Translations under genes and position numbers: made by a program
Notes under the pieces: model-generated
Databases searched by the model: none
Seen by the model: the letters and a program-made list of their open reading frames with translations, nothing else
What the model was told of the DNA's origin: nothing
Part shown: positions 47,403-60,445 of the stretch, in pieces
How positions within the stretch are numbered: the first letter of the stretch is position 1
Layout of the letters: the number at the start of each line of letters is the position of its first letter
NCBI GenBank assembly: GCA_002269645.1
Contig: NIVC01003808.1
Coordinates: 11,940-75,939 of the forward strand
Source of the DNA: Macrostomum lignano
Taxonomy: Eukaryota
Length of the DNA: 64,000 bases
Direction: 5' to 3'

Positions 47403-50400
47403 ATGCCAGACACTGCACAGCAGCAGCAGAAGGCCGCCAACGGTGCCAGCGGCAGCGGCGGCAAGTTCATCGACAGCGTCAACCCTGAAGATCCAGAATA
47501 TCAACGCCAGATGATACGGCCAGCCGAGATCAAGGAGGACCTGACCCTCATGGATCAGCGGAAGCGAGTGTCTCTGATACTGAACTCCGAGGCCTTCAAG
47601 CAGGAGCTGGAAGAGATTATCCAATCCCAGTTGAAGTCTGGCGCCCATCCGGCTTCGCTAATTGCGCTGCAGCAGATCTCCGACCTGCTGGTGCCGCACT
47701 CTGGCGGCGGAGGCCGCAGCGGCGCGCCGGCACCGGCTGGCCAAGTGGTGACGCCCGTCAACGATATCCGATCCGTTGACGTGGCCGACTATGACAAAGG
47801 CGAGCGGCTGCTTCGCTGCAAGCTGGCCGCCGTCTATAGGCTGCTGGACATCAACGCCTGGTCCGCTGGCGGCCTGTCCAGCTTGGTTACTGTGAGTGAC
47901 TGCGTGCTCTATACCCAAGAGTTGTCACTCATTTTTTAAGCTAAAACAGCCCCATTCTGAAGAATTGACCGTCAGGCCTCCTAAAGAATCGTCCCTCAGC
48001 CATAAAAAATCGGTCCTCAGCCATGAAAAATCGCCCCTCAGCCAAAAAGATCGTCCCTCAGCCATAAAGATCGTCCCTCAGCCATAAAGAATCGCCCCTC
48101 AGCCATAAAGAATCGCCCTCAGCCATAAAGAATCGCCCCTCGGCCACAAAGAATCACCCCTCATTCAAAGAGAGTCGCCACTCAGTCATCAAGAATCGCC
48201 CCTCAGTCATCAAGAATCGCCCCTCGGCCATAAAGTTCTTCCCTCGGCCACAAGGAATCACCCTCAGTCAAAGAGAATCGCCCCTCAGCCATAAATAATC
48301 ACCCCTCATTCAAAGAGAGTCGCCACTCAGTCATCAAGAATCGCCCCTCAGTCATCAAGAATCGCCCCTCGGCCATAAAGTTCTTCCCTCGGCCACAAGG
48401 AATCACCCCTCAGTCAAAGAGAATCGCCCCTCAGCCATAAATAATCGCCCTCAATCATAAAGAATTGCCCCTTAGTCATAAAGAATCGCCCCTCAGTCAT
48501 AAAGAATCGCCCCTCAGTCATTAAGAATCGCCCCTCAGTCATTAAGAATCGCCCCTCAGTCATTAAGAATCGCCCCTCAGCCATACAGAATCATCCTCTG
48601 TCATCGTTCTCCTAAATAATTGCGCTAAAATCCTCAATCCCGCCCCTGCCTCCCGCCCTCCCAAACGCGCAGGCCCGCGTCAACAAGGAGACGCAGCACT
48701 TCCTGGTGGCCCCGCACGGCCTCCGCCATAGCGAAGTGACGGCCAGCAGCCTGGCTAAAGTCGGTCTGAATGGCGAGGTCGCCAACTCGGGCAGCTCGGT
48801 GTTCGGCGTCAACCAAACCGCCTGGTTGGCCGCGGCCGCGATTCACTCGGCCAGGCCGGATGTCCGGTCGGTTGTCCAGCTGGCCACGCCGCGAGTTGTC
48901 GCCCTGTCCAACAGCCGGCGCGGCCTGCTGCCGCTGTGCATCGAGGCCTGCGTGCTGGGCGAGGCCGCCCTGGCCGAATCGGCCGATTCCGGCGCCATTA
49001 GCGCCGTATTGGCGCCAAACCATCGCATTCTAATAGTGCGCAATCGGGGCGCCTTTGCCCTAGGCGAAACCCTGGAAGAGGCCTGGATGTACGCCAGCCT
49101 GCTGGCCAGAGCCGCTGCCACTCAGCTGGTCTGTCTGCAGGCCGCAGGCGGCAACGTGGACCAGCTGTTGCTGCCCAGCCCGGAGTCCGCCGCCCGCGCC
49201 TTCGAAGTCGGCAACCAAGCCGCCGGCGGGGTGAACCTGAAGACCGCCAGCGGGCACAAGTGGCGCCGAGGCGAGCTGGAGTTCGAAGCGGCGATGCGCC
49301 GCCTGGACTCCGAGGGCTACCGCACCGGCTACGCCTATCACGAGCCCAACGTGCGCACCGAGCGTCGGGTGAAACGACACGAGGACGTGGAAATTCCGCC
49401 ATCCTCGTCCTCGTTTACGTACGTGTTCGACGGCGACGTGGAGCATTCGAAACTGGTGACGGCCAAGCAGGTGCTGGCGGCCGGGCAGCGCGGCCCGCAC
49501 GGCGAATGGCTGACCACGCCCAACAGCTACCACCGCGAGGAGATCGAAGAGATCAACACGGACAATCCGAAGAAGTTCACCAAATGGGTTCGCGACGGCC
49601 CCGATGCCAAGACGGCTGGCGGTACGCCGATAAAAATCAGCAACCCGAATCAGTTCGCGCCGCAGGGCGCCGATCCTAAGGAGTTCCGCAACCAGCAGCG
49701 CAAGGTAAAAAAGTGCAAATTCAATCTGAAAATTGGCCCAGGCTGTCGTTCGATTCGCAGTCAGGAAGGCCAGCCTTCAAGGTGCAGAGAGTTTAAAACG
49801 ACGTTTCCTTTTATATTAGCTTTCCCAAGCTTTGATCATCAGGTGTTCTATCCAACCATTGTAAACAATGACTAGCTCAACGTGACGGCAGCATTCTCAG
49901 CTCTCAATTACAATGAATAAAACACAATAAACTAATGCAGGTCAAGGACCACTACTACAAGGACTCCAAGGATGCCGGGCCTCAGAGCCGACTGTTCAAA
50001 GACCAGCTGACCACTGACGAGGTCAGCCGCATGATGGAGGAAGGCCGCGCCAAGGCCGCCTCGGACGGCTCAGTAGTGGTCGGCGCCGCTAGCAAGGGCA
50101 TCATCGCCAGGCAGCATCAGCACAATGCTCTGGTCTATCAAAATTATTATTCGCCTAATCCATTCTCCGATGTCACGGATGAACAGTTGAACAACTACGA
50201 GGAGAGCGTGCTGGGCAAGAAGAAAGGCGGCGGCGGCACCACGGAGACGGAGACCGACAGCGAGGCCGAAGGCGGCCGCGCCAAGTCTCAGGCTGGCGCT
50301 AGCGAGGCGCCGCTGCCCAGCATACCGGAGGATCGGGCTAGCGCGCCCGGCGGCGCCAAACAGCCGACCGCCGCTGGCGCTGTCACGTCCGACTCTGAGA

Positions 50401-53400
50401 CCGGTTTGTCCTCACAAAATCATTTTTATCATGAAATTTTGTTTTTAGTACTCAAGTTATTATCTTTTAATTAACCCGTTGATATAAAGGTAAGTAGAGA
50501 TTTTTTAATTTACAGAATCTTTTGAAAGATTTGCTGCCAATTGATTTTCTTATATATTAGCATTGAGTTGAGTAATCTATCAGTTGTTGTGTACTTATTT
50601 CTACTAACAGATATGCATGTTTGCTTAATATTGTCTTTTGTGTGTTACCTTACTCCAAAACTCACCTGTTTGTTGTGATTAACATTGTCTTCGATAAAAT
50701 TTGAAAAACTATCCACTAACAGACAGCTCAGTGCGGCAGCAGCCGCAGAAGCAGCAGCAGCCGCAGGAGCAGCAGAAGGCGAAGTCGCTTCAGCGGCACG
50801 AGTCTGACCGCCTCGCCGAGGCTCAGAGGCAGCTAGGTTAGTAGCGCTTAGACTGGCTTGGGCTAGGGCTAACACCGCAGTACTTTAGCTGTTGGAAGCT
50901 GGTGTAGATATTTATGTTCAGCATCCTGGAATCATTAATTAGTTAGTTAATTAATTAGTTAATTTCTAATTAACCAACCAACCCGCGTTGGCGTGAATTC
51001 TTCCTAATTTTCAACAGCCACTGGCCCAGCTAAGAGCGCCACAGTTGACAGGGCCCAGTCTCAGCGTCTGGCAGGAGGTATTTTAATCAGATTTATTATC
51101 CAAATTAACGATTGGCACTTAATTGCAATTGACTACTATCAAATATTTGTAGCGCACTTAACAACATAATCTATTAGCTAAGCAAAAGATTTATATTAAG
51201 ATTATGCAAGTACGAGTATTAATTATTTACTTTAATCTGATGGGTTGTGTTTATTTCGAAACCTGGAGAGCAAGAACTTATTCAGATTTTAGCGCTGCTC
51301 TGCACAAGTTGTCGCTTCCCTTCCTTTGGTGTCGTGTTGTTTACTAATTGTTAACTTTTTTAATCCGTACGATTACCAAATTTGTGTGTTAGATTAATTC
51401 CTGCTACCGGGCGTTTGATTGTCGCCTAGCTTAATTGGTTTGCGTTTAACATTGAGATGCCCATTTGCTACAGAGCAGTGTACATCGAATTCAGGAGGTC
51501 GCTACTACCTATTAAGGCATCTGTGTTTACAAGCACCAACCTCATGGAACCTTAGATCTTCCCAGTGACGTTTCCTAGAAATGAGATCTCTCATTAGATC
51601 TCCCAGTGACGTTTCCTTGTCAAGCCCTATACACCCCTTTCTATCCCTACCCCACTCCCCCACCTCGCACCCTTTCAATTCCTACCCCACTGTCCCCCAC
51701 CTCACACCCTTCCAATTCCTACCCCACTGTCCCCCACCTCACACCTTTTCAATTCCTACCCCAACTGTCCCCACCTCACACCCTTCCAATTCCTACCCCA
51801 CTGTCCCCCACCTCACACCCTTTCCATTCCTATCCCACTGTCCCCCACCTCACACCCTTTCCATTCCTATCCCACTGTCCCCCACCTCACCCTTTCCATT
51901 CCTATCCCACTGTCCCCCACCTCACACCCTTTCCATTCCTATCCCACTGTCCCCCACCTCACACCCTTTCCATTCCTACCCCACTTGGGCCCCACCTCAC
52001 GCCATCTAGGATATCATAATAAAAATTCAATGCAGAAACTAACTCATCTTTCATGTTGTTTACGCATGTGTTTGCTATGCGCAATGCACAATTTTCAGGC
52101 ATTAGATTTTTTCGCAAAGCAAAGCATCCGGGTAAGTTAAAATGCAGCAATCATGCAAGGAAACATGTAAATCTACGTGAATATTCAGTGAATTTGTTAT
52201 ATAATATGATATACTACATTGCACATTTAATGTATTAAAGCTTTCCCACTTGAACCAGCTCAATTATTTCCCGCCTAACTATTTAGCCGTGACTTTGAAA
52301 GACTTGCTGCTATAAAAACTTGCAAGGACCAGTAAAAACTCTTAGTCTGAACGTTTTCTGGTTTTGTATCTTTATCGCTGCCTACTGCGACTGTCAGAAA
52401 TAGTTGGGGTATGTAGGTTTTTACTACACTGCAACACAGGCATTACATGGATCTGTGCCCATTTCCTTTTCTGTTATGCATTTAACGGGCTCTCTGGCCT
52501 GTCTGCAAAGTCAGTCAGTCCTACACGAATGTGCAGCAAGGGTTCCAAAGATCTTATTTTGACACTGCGCGTCTATATGCTTGTTTATCTCTGTATTTAC
52601 AGACTGTTTGAGTTCTGTGTTTTATGAAACAATTTCATTCTGCGTGGAGGCAGCAGTCTGGACACGCATACTAATTTTCGTTCATTGCACATGTGCGCCT
52701 GTTCTGTGCTGGTCTGCGCGCACAGGGCCGCAGGGCTGCAAGACCCGCTTTGCCCGTCTAAGAAGTGTGCGCGTGTGCGACGCTGGTGTTTGCTGATCTT
52801 CAATCTCGAAGCCTTGGAAAGCCAACTTAAGAACTGTAGCTATTTGCAATGTGCTGTATTGTTACTTGCTTTGTGCAACTTCGCAGTTTTGCGGCGAAGT
52901 CCGTCCGTCCATTTCTTGCTGGAGTATCCCTCCCCTCCCCAGTTCCAGTGCACCAATTTTGAGGCTAATTTTTTTAATTCAGGCCTTCGTATTTATCGGC
53001 TTGTGAGATGCAAGAATTGATTTGAAATCTAGTCAGTTTAATCTCCTAGTCTTCTTGAGCTTTTCTTGGACATCATTTCTTACACTATAGCGGGTTTCAT
53101 TTCTTAGAAATCGGTTGTCTCGTATCTTCTCAGCGACCTTTTCTACAAATGAGCTCTCCCATTAGATCTTCTCAGCGACCTTTCCTACAAATGAGATCTC
53201 CCATTAGATCTTCTCAGTGTCCTTTCCTACAAATGAGATCTCCCATTAGATCTTCTCAGTGTCCTTTCCTACAAATGAGATCTCCCATTAGATCTTCTCA
53301 GTGTCCTTTCCTACAAATGAGATCTCCCATTAGATCTTCTCAGTGTCCTTTCCTACAAATGAGATCTCCCATTAGATCTTCTCAGTGTCCTTTCCTACAA

Positions 53401-56290
53401 ATGAGATCCCCCATTAGATCTTCTCAGTGTCCTTTCCTACAAATGAGATCCCCCATTAGATCTTCTCAGTGTCCTTTCCTACAAATGAGATCTCCCATTA
53501 GATCTTCTCAGTGTCCTTTCCTACAAATGAAATCTCCCATTAGATCTTCTCAGTGTCCTTTCCTACAAATGAGATCTCCCATTAGATCTTCTCAGTGTCC
53601 TTTCCTACAAATGAGATCTCCCATTAGATCTTCTCAGTGTCCTTTCCTACAAATGAGATCTCCCATTAGATCTTCTCAGTGTCCTTTCCTACAAATGAGA
53701 TCCCCCATTAGATCTTCTCAGTGTCCTTTCCTACAAATGAGATCTCCCATTAGATCTTCTCAGTGTCCTTTCCTACAAATGAGATCTCCCATTAGATCTC
53801 CCAGTGACGTTTCCTAGAGATCAGATCTCTCATTAGATCTCCCAATGACGTTTCCTAGAAATGAGATCTCTCATTAGATATCCGAGTGACGTTTCCTATA
53901 TCTAATCTCATGGTGTATCTTCGCTGCTTTCTTTTCTTAGAAATCACGTTTCATGACTTGCTCTAGTAGTATAGTTTCGAGCTGATTGCTCACCTTCTTT
54001 TCTCAGCAGTAGGATCTTAAATTATATTTTTTGGTCTTATTTAGTTCCTTACAGGCGTTAGCAAAACTACATCAGCTGTAGATACTAAAGGCTAGAGATT
54101 GTTTTTATACGAAACTTCAGACTGTCTAGGCAGTGCGCTCGAGCGTAGATATCTGAATGCACAGCTAGAGTTTATCTAATTCTAGGCCTTAGCTGAAGGA
54201 TTTTACAAGCTATAGAACAGATTACAAGAAAAGAGTTATGAGCTGAACTTGGGCACTAGCTAGTGCAAATTGCTCATGCTCACATGCAGCAATTGCCTGT
54301 CAGTCAGCCAGCTCATTTCTCCTTTCCCCCGCCCTGCCCCCATAAGTACACGGCCTCTAATAGCTTTTCTTCCCCCTCCTTGTGCCTATGAATCCCGACT
54401 AGCCTTAGTCAGCTGTCTACGCCTCGCGCATGAGTCACACCCGATCCGATGCCTCATATTACCCGAGCTCATATTTTATTTGATTTTTTCAAAAAAATTT
54501 TCTTCGCATCTCTAAGTCACTCGAGAACGATAGGAAGGAGGCTTAGCCCTCGCCTAAGCCCTCATGTCTACTTGATCTCCAGACTCCAGTCTTGGCTCTT
54601 TAGTTAATTGCCGATCCGATCCAATGTCTGATGAAATTATGCAAATCTCAAGAATAATTACGGATTGCTTTAGGCATATTTCTTGGGATTTTAAGTTTGA
54701 AACTCTGCTTATTGGAGTGGCTTAATATCTCAAACAAATTATGTCAATGTTTTCTGATTTTCCTAAGTTTAAATCAAATACTAGAAACAAGAGACGGCAG
54801 TTCAATTATCAAGAGTTCGATCGCGAAGGAACTATTAAAAATTATTTTAACTAGAAAACCACAATATAAATTACTTTCCCAGTCCACTGTCTCAATCTCG
54901 AGTCAGTCCACTGTCTCAGTCTCAAGTCAGTCCACTGTCTCATTCTCAAGTCAGTCCACTGTCTCAGTCTCAAGTCAGTCCACTGTCTCATTCTCAAGTC
55001 CGTCCACTGTCTCATTCTCAAGTCCGTCCACTGTCTCAGTCTCAAGTCAGTCCACTGTCTCAATCTCGAGTCAGTCCACTGTCTCAATCTCAAGTCAGTC
55101 CACTGTCTCAATCTCAAGTCAGTCCACTGTCTCAATCTCGAGTCAGTCCACTGTCTCAATCTCGAGTCAGTCCACTGTCTCAGTCACAAGTCAGTCCACT
55201 GTCTCAATCTCAAGTCAGTCCACTGTCTCAATCTCGAGTCAGTCCACTGTCTCAATCTCGAGTCAGTCCACTGTCTCAGTCACAAGTCAGTCCACTGTCT
55301 CAATCTCGAGTCAGTCCACTGTCTCAATTTCAAGTCAGTCTATTGTCTCAGTCACAAGTCAGTCAACTGTCTCAGTCACAAGTCAGTCTATTGTCTCATT
55401 CTCAATTCAGTCCACTGTCTCAATCACGAGTCAGTCCACTGTCTCAGTCACAAGTCAGTCTATTGTCTTATTCTCAATTCAGTCCACCGTCTCAACCTAG
55501 CTTAAGTTAGTTAGCAAAAGTATCTAAATATATTGACTTTGCTCACGTGCTGTGCTTCAATCAGCCTGATCTGCGTCTCTGTTGTCTTCTTTGATTTGGT
55601 CCTTGCAAGTTGAACTTTTAAAACGACATTGGACATGAAAACTCTACTTACCCAGACAAACTTTTACTGAAATATTGCTTCTGCTTGCGTCCCTCCTGAT
55701 TGTCAAAAATTTGTTTTTTTTTCAATTTCCAACGCTTTCGCAACGCGTTCAATTTGACCTTGACTTTAATTTCGATACATTTACTTATGAATCAATATAA
55801 GCATTCTAAGGGTCTCCGTTCGCGTATTTACGAGTACAAAGAAGATTCTATTTGCTTACTTCAAAAACCATAATACCGAGAGTATTTATCAATTTGTTGA
55901 GTCGGATATTGCTATTTATTGTAGCAAATATTTTTCCTGTCCCTATCTGGGGATGTCCACCATCCCTATCGAGGATGTCCAGTGTCCTTATCCGAAAATT
56001 TCATCTTTCTCAATTCAAAGATGTCTAGTGTCCAAAAACAGTGGTGTCCACTGCCCCTATCCAAGGATGTCCACCGCCCATATCCCATGACAGAGCGACC
56101 GGCGGCGTCCTCGCGCGGAGCAGCCGCAGGCGGTGACACCAGCGGCACGGAGGAGGGCGGCGGCGCCGGCCCGTCGACCTCGGGCGCCGCAGCCGGGTCC
56201 TCAGCCGAGAAGAAGAAGAAGAAGGGCTTCCGCATACCCAGCTTCTCCAGCAAGGACAAGGACAAGGACAAGAAGAAGAAAAAGAAGTAG
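47403..56290 (+). CDS. ADD1: Adducin (hts / ADD1-like): class II aldolase-like head, neck, MARCKS-like basic tail
   Basis: Exons 47403-47891, 48673-49704, 49941-50403, 50723-50836, 51018-51077 and 56094-56290 have GT-AG junctions and consistent phase. Motifs: RPAEIKEDL..MDQRKRVSLILNSEAFKQELE, LRCKLAAVYRL, HFLVAPHGL..SEVTASSL.KV, LDSEGYRTGY, WLTTPNSY, NPNQFAP, GPQSRL and terminal KKKKKGFRIPSF. The paralog name is nominal (single invertebrate adducin). Confidence 0.93.
47985..48590. repeat. 21-bp minisatellite in adducin intron 1
   Basis: Unit AAGAATCGCCCCTCAG(C/T)CATA, with a duplicated ~140-bp block. Confidence 0.92.
51640..51975. repeat. 37-bp pyrimidine-rich minisatellite
   Basis: Unit CACCTCACACCCTT(T/C)CA(A/T)TCCTA(C/T)CCCACTGTCCCC. 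Confidence 0.9.
53140..53900. repeat. 42-bp minisatellite
   Basis: Unit GTGTCCTTTCCTACAAATGAGATCTCCCATTAGATCTTCTCA; diverged relatives at 51550-51620 and 53790-53900. Confidence 0.95.
54880..55497. repeat. 24-bp minisatellite
   Basis: Unit AGTCAGTCCACTGTCTCAATCTC(A/G). Confidence 0.95.
55940..56075. repeat. Short degenerate ~20-bp repeat before the adducin last exon
   Basis: Repeated ccctatc.gaggatgtcca units. Confidence 0.6.
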
Positions 56291-59200
56291 AGTCCGGCCT
56301 GTTCTGTTGGAAAATAAATATTTTAAGGAGCTTTGCTTTTTTAACACTCGCCTAAACTACAAGCAAATACATTGCTTGTGAAAGTGCAAAAGATTCGAGT
56401 TCGCAAACTGATTTGGACCCGAGCTTGTCAATAGCTCTCATTTACCTATCGTTAATTATTATTTACCTGCAATCTGTTATAATATAATTATAATTATTCA
56501 ACTTTAATCTACTGTCCCACCGCTAAAATTTGCTTCTTGCTAGCTCGTGAATACTGTTTTCTACCAACTGGATCCTGTCAACCTCTTCCGCTTCCCATCT
56601 GTTTAACTATTGTTTTTGCATTATAGCTTTTTCTATTAGTTAATAGTTTCAATTTAGTCCAATAGCCGTTAAATGGCATATATTATCGATGCTAATTACT
56701 ACTTTGCACTTTAGTAATTTTGCCTTAATTTCGTATTCAGATCAGATAATTATATAAATTCTGGCGAGAAGCTTCTCATAGTAAAATTCCCTCGCGTTTA
56801 TTGCAGTTTTCGCGATTCAGGATCGTTATAAGTTTAGGATTTGCGTATCTGTCTAGGGATTTTTGTTCTATTCAAGCGAGCTTGGACCACCACATACATT
56901 AAGGTTGGCCATTGTTGGCTTGGCTTCCCACCCACCACGACCTGGTGGGTCCCTGGTGTCGAAAATTTATTTATAAGCCGCTTTAGTTCATTGTTAGTAT
57001 TGCTTGGATTGCTAAGACTCTGTCTCCCCAGGCCAGGGAATATAATAATATAAATATGAAACTTAAAACTGCTTTTGCGTTTGGGAATTGGCAAGCCGTG
57101 ACACAGCCCTTGGTTGGCCCTCCCTGTCGATCGACCCTCCAGTCAAACCATTGCCTGTTGTGCGGTGTATATATGTATTGGCCTGGATCCCGTTCGCCGT
57201 TGCAGCACTGCATTAACAGATACTAGCGCTGCATGTCAGTGTCCTGAAGCCTGGGGTAGGGGAAGGAATCGCGAAGGGGAATAGGATAGAAAGACCGACG
57301 CTGCCACGTCCCGGCAACCAAAAAAGGCCACCAACCCCTTGATTTCCATTCCCGCTGCTTTTAAAAAGTTGTAGCTAGGCTGTAGCGGAGGCAGAGAGAA
57401 ATATGGAATAATAATATATCTAGAGAAAAAAGATCTAATCAGAACTGTAGACCGCGGAAGAAAAAAGTACAGATCCGATCGTGCAGTTCTCGTGTTTTGG
57501 CGGGGAGCCACGTCACCCTTCTCTGTTATAAATGCGCAGTGTGCGCTTTCACGGCCTTCCTCTCCGCTTTCTTCCACACTCAAATTCTCTCTCCGTTTTC
57601 CAGCCCAGCCCCGTCATGGGGAGTTGACGTAGTTGTGTACATTCTAGCTTTTTATCAGGCTGTACGTTGCCCTTCGTACCCCGCCCTCTGATTTGGGGTG
57701 GGTGACCACGCGCTCGTGTCGGATAGCCTTTATAATGTTATTGATTTTTGGGGGAGAGAGTGGGCAGTCGCCCAGCAGACCCAGAGTCCAGACCTTCCCT
57801 TACCCACAAGCCTTGTCAACTATTTTTTGGTGCAAACTTCCTATTAACTTACTCCAGTCCCAACTACCTACTGGACAGTAGCAAGTATTGAAAGCTTTAG
57901 CTGAAAGTTTTCCAGACTGCTATAACGTCTTAACCACTGCCTTTCTGTGTGAAATATAATTAGAATTTGAGCGGCCTAATTACTAGTGTTAGCGTTTGTT
58001 TCATCATTCGTACTAAAAAGCCATCCAACAATCCAAGTTGTGTTCGATCTTTGCACTAACTAACTCGAAATCACGCGCCTGTCATTTTCGTTTCTAACGA
58101 GGGTTATATAGTACTGCTTCAGCGCCGATAAGCACGTCAGAATTTCCGTTTATAAAGGCCTAATTTTATAATGCCTTTATATGCTATCAAAATACGGTTA
58201 AGTGTGACTCGAGCACTGAGGCAGATCTCCTAAAAATGTTTTATTTATTTTAAGTGTTCGAAAAGATGCTAAACAAGCATCCAGGATTGCTTAAGTATTT
58301 TCGAATGTGTTTTTAGGTTAAAAGAAGCAAACAAACAACTATAGACATTTTTTCTGGCTCTGATTCTGTTTCGACTTTAAAAAACACCGGAGTATTAAGT
58401 TTTTTGCTTATTATGTATGCTTCGCTTTTCCGTTCATAAATTATTATTAGTATGTTTTAGTAATTTTTCTATTTATAATTCCACTGCTTTCTGTTGGATA
58501 ATTGGTTATTAAATTATTTAGTAACAACAGCACTGAGTAATATAATCTTTGCTTTGGCTAAGCCTACTCCTACTCAGATCCTTTCGCTTCCTGTTTTTAT
58601 TCACCAACCAAGAAGACCAAAATGTGAAAGCAGGTCTCCTGCATAGTTTATATTATAATGCAGTTTTATATTCACCTGCTATTTGCTTAGTTCAGCGCTG
58701 CTTTAGGCTTTATAAATTTATGTTTAGCTCATGTGCGTTTTGCTCATCAATGTCATTGTTGTTATTTCCAATCGTGTACTTTAATTATGTGTTCAATTAA
58801 ATCAGTATCAAGTTTTTAAAAGTCTGAAATTGAAACCAAAAAATAACTCCTGTTTAGCTCTAAATCTGTTATTAACAATTAGCAACACTTGGATGATTGC
58901 AGCAGCTGCCAGTTATATTTGTTTAATTTGGCAAGTTGTCCTCTATGTTTTGCTTATTCTCTGAGTTTGAAATTATAAGCATCTGCTCTAACCTTTGCAT
59001 ACTTTTCACCGGTTAATAATTAGTGCAGCAGTAACCTTTGATGTCTGCGAGCCTTGTTAACTTATTAATCTACTTGATGAATTATGTTTAGTTTTGCTTA
59101 TCTTTCTTCTTGAAGACTGGTTATAAATCAATAGATCACTCCCGTGCTTGTTTTTTTCACTAATAAGCAAATCCTATTGCCTCGAGTTAACTGTTTTGTC

Positions 59201-60337
59201 TGCTTGCGCGCCTTCAAATCTTTTTTATTGTTTTTTTTTATTGTTTCTTCTGCGCAACCTTGCCGCAGACGTTAATCGGACAGTTGGTTTGAGTTCCTTC
59301 TAATATTGCCCCCCCCCCTTATATGTACTCGTATTGATCCCAACGCTTAGGACGCATATATACTACACGCAGTTCATGTTAACCCCAACTTTTTGTATGC
59401 TAACATGCTTAGTCCCCGACTCCATACAGCTTACTGCTCCCTGCAAATACTGAAATCTATTTCTTACATATTATTATTATTAATATTATTATAAAATTAA
59501 GAAACATTTGGCGCAAATTTTGTTTTGAAGTAGGCGAGACAACTTCAGAAATTGTGTTGACTTTGGTCTTGATTATTTTATTCATTTTTGCTTTTCGAAT
59601 ACTACTCGTGTTGTTCAGTAGTCTAAGTCGGTTGCTCGCAGTAATTTATTTGTAGTATGCTTTAAATCAGCTTCAATGGGGAAATCCTTTTTCTCTCTTG
59701 TCCGTCGTTTCTCTGTTTGAAGTTTCCACAGCAAATAAGCACTGTACGATAAAGTACGAGCGCTAGTGTATACTCGCTTATACTGTACCGGTATGTATGA
59801 GCGAATTGCTATTCCCCTTTTCTTCACCGCAACGGGCGTGGCCTTCCCATTCTAAGGGCGGGGTTTTGTCGGGATCTGGGAGGGAGAAAAGAATCAATAA
59901 CTTTCTTCCCCTCCTACTGCGTACATTTTCCTCAAGCATCTTTCTCTCCTCTGCAGTCTGCAAGAAGCTCCCGACCACTGAAAACTTATCGATCTGGGTG
60001 AGTATGGAGAAGGAAATGCCTGCATCGACTAGGGAGGTAGGGATCTTGCTTTGGACTTGGGGCTGGGACTTGAGAGGTTGGGAATTAGGATGAATGGAGC
60101 GCCTCCTCTTCTGCTGCTGCAGAAGCAACTACCTGCCGCTCCCTGGGTCTCGGCCAGCAAAAGCATCTTTATGCTGCTGCTACTCTCCTTTTCTTCCGTA
60201 ATGTTTTGCTTTTTTTAGCTTGCTTTCTGTTAATCTGTTTAGAAGCAACCGACGCGCAACCATACAAGAATTTTTCTCTTTGTTTCCTTGCAACGACTTT
60301 GAAGAAGCCATTTCTGCGTGATGTCTTTCTTTTTCAG

Positions 60338-60445
60338 CGGTGCCAATGTGAACGAGATATACAAGGCGGTTGTTTCAATTCGTCCTAGATGGATTCTGCC
60401 TATCCGCAGCCAGTCTCGGAACTGTCAAGCTCAGAAAGCCAAACG
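60338..60445 (+). other. Candidate orphan exon (ATG 60389: MDSAYPQPVSELSSSESQT, phase-0 donor)
   Basis: Strong tctttctttttcAG acceptor and GTAAGA donor; no homology recognised. Confidence 0.35.

Noticed and set aside
48612-49533. Minus-strand and alternative-frame ORFs over adducin exon 2
   Set aside because: Antisense or off-frame shadows of the GC-rich coding exon.
53149-55500. 222-aa (MRSPIRSSQCPFLQ)n and 267-aa (SQSTVSIS)n ORFs
   Set aside because: Unit lengths divisible by 3 (42 and 24 bp) keep the frame open. They are intronic in adducin and have no convincing splice or start context.
56834-57213. Short minus-strand ORFs with faint LINE RT-like look (QVVVGGKPSQQW)
   Set aside because: The similarity is limited to a few residues, with no GVPQG or YADD motif.
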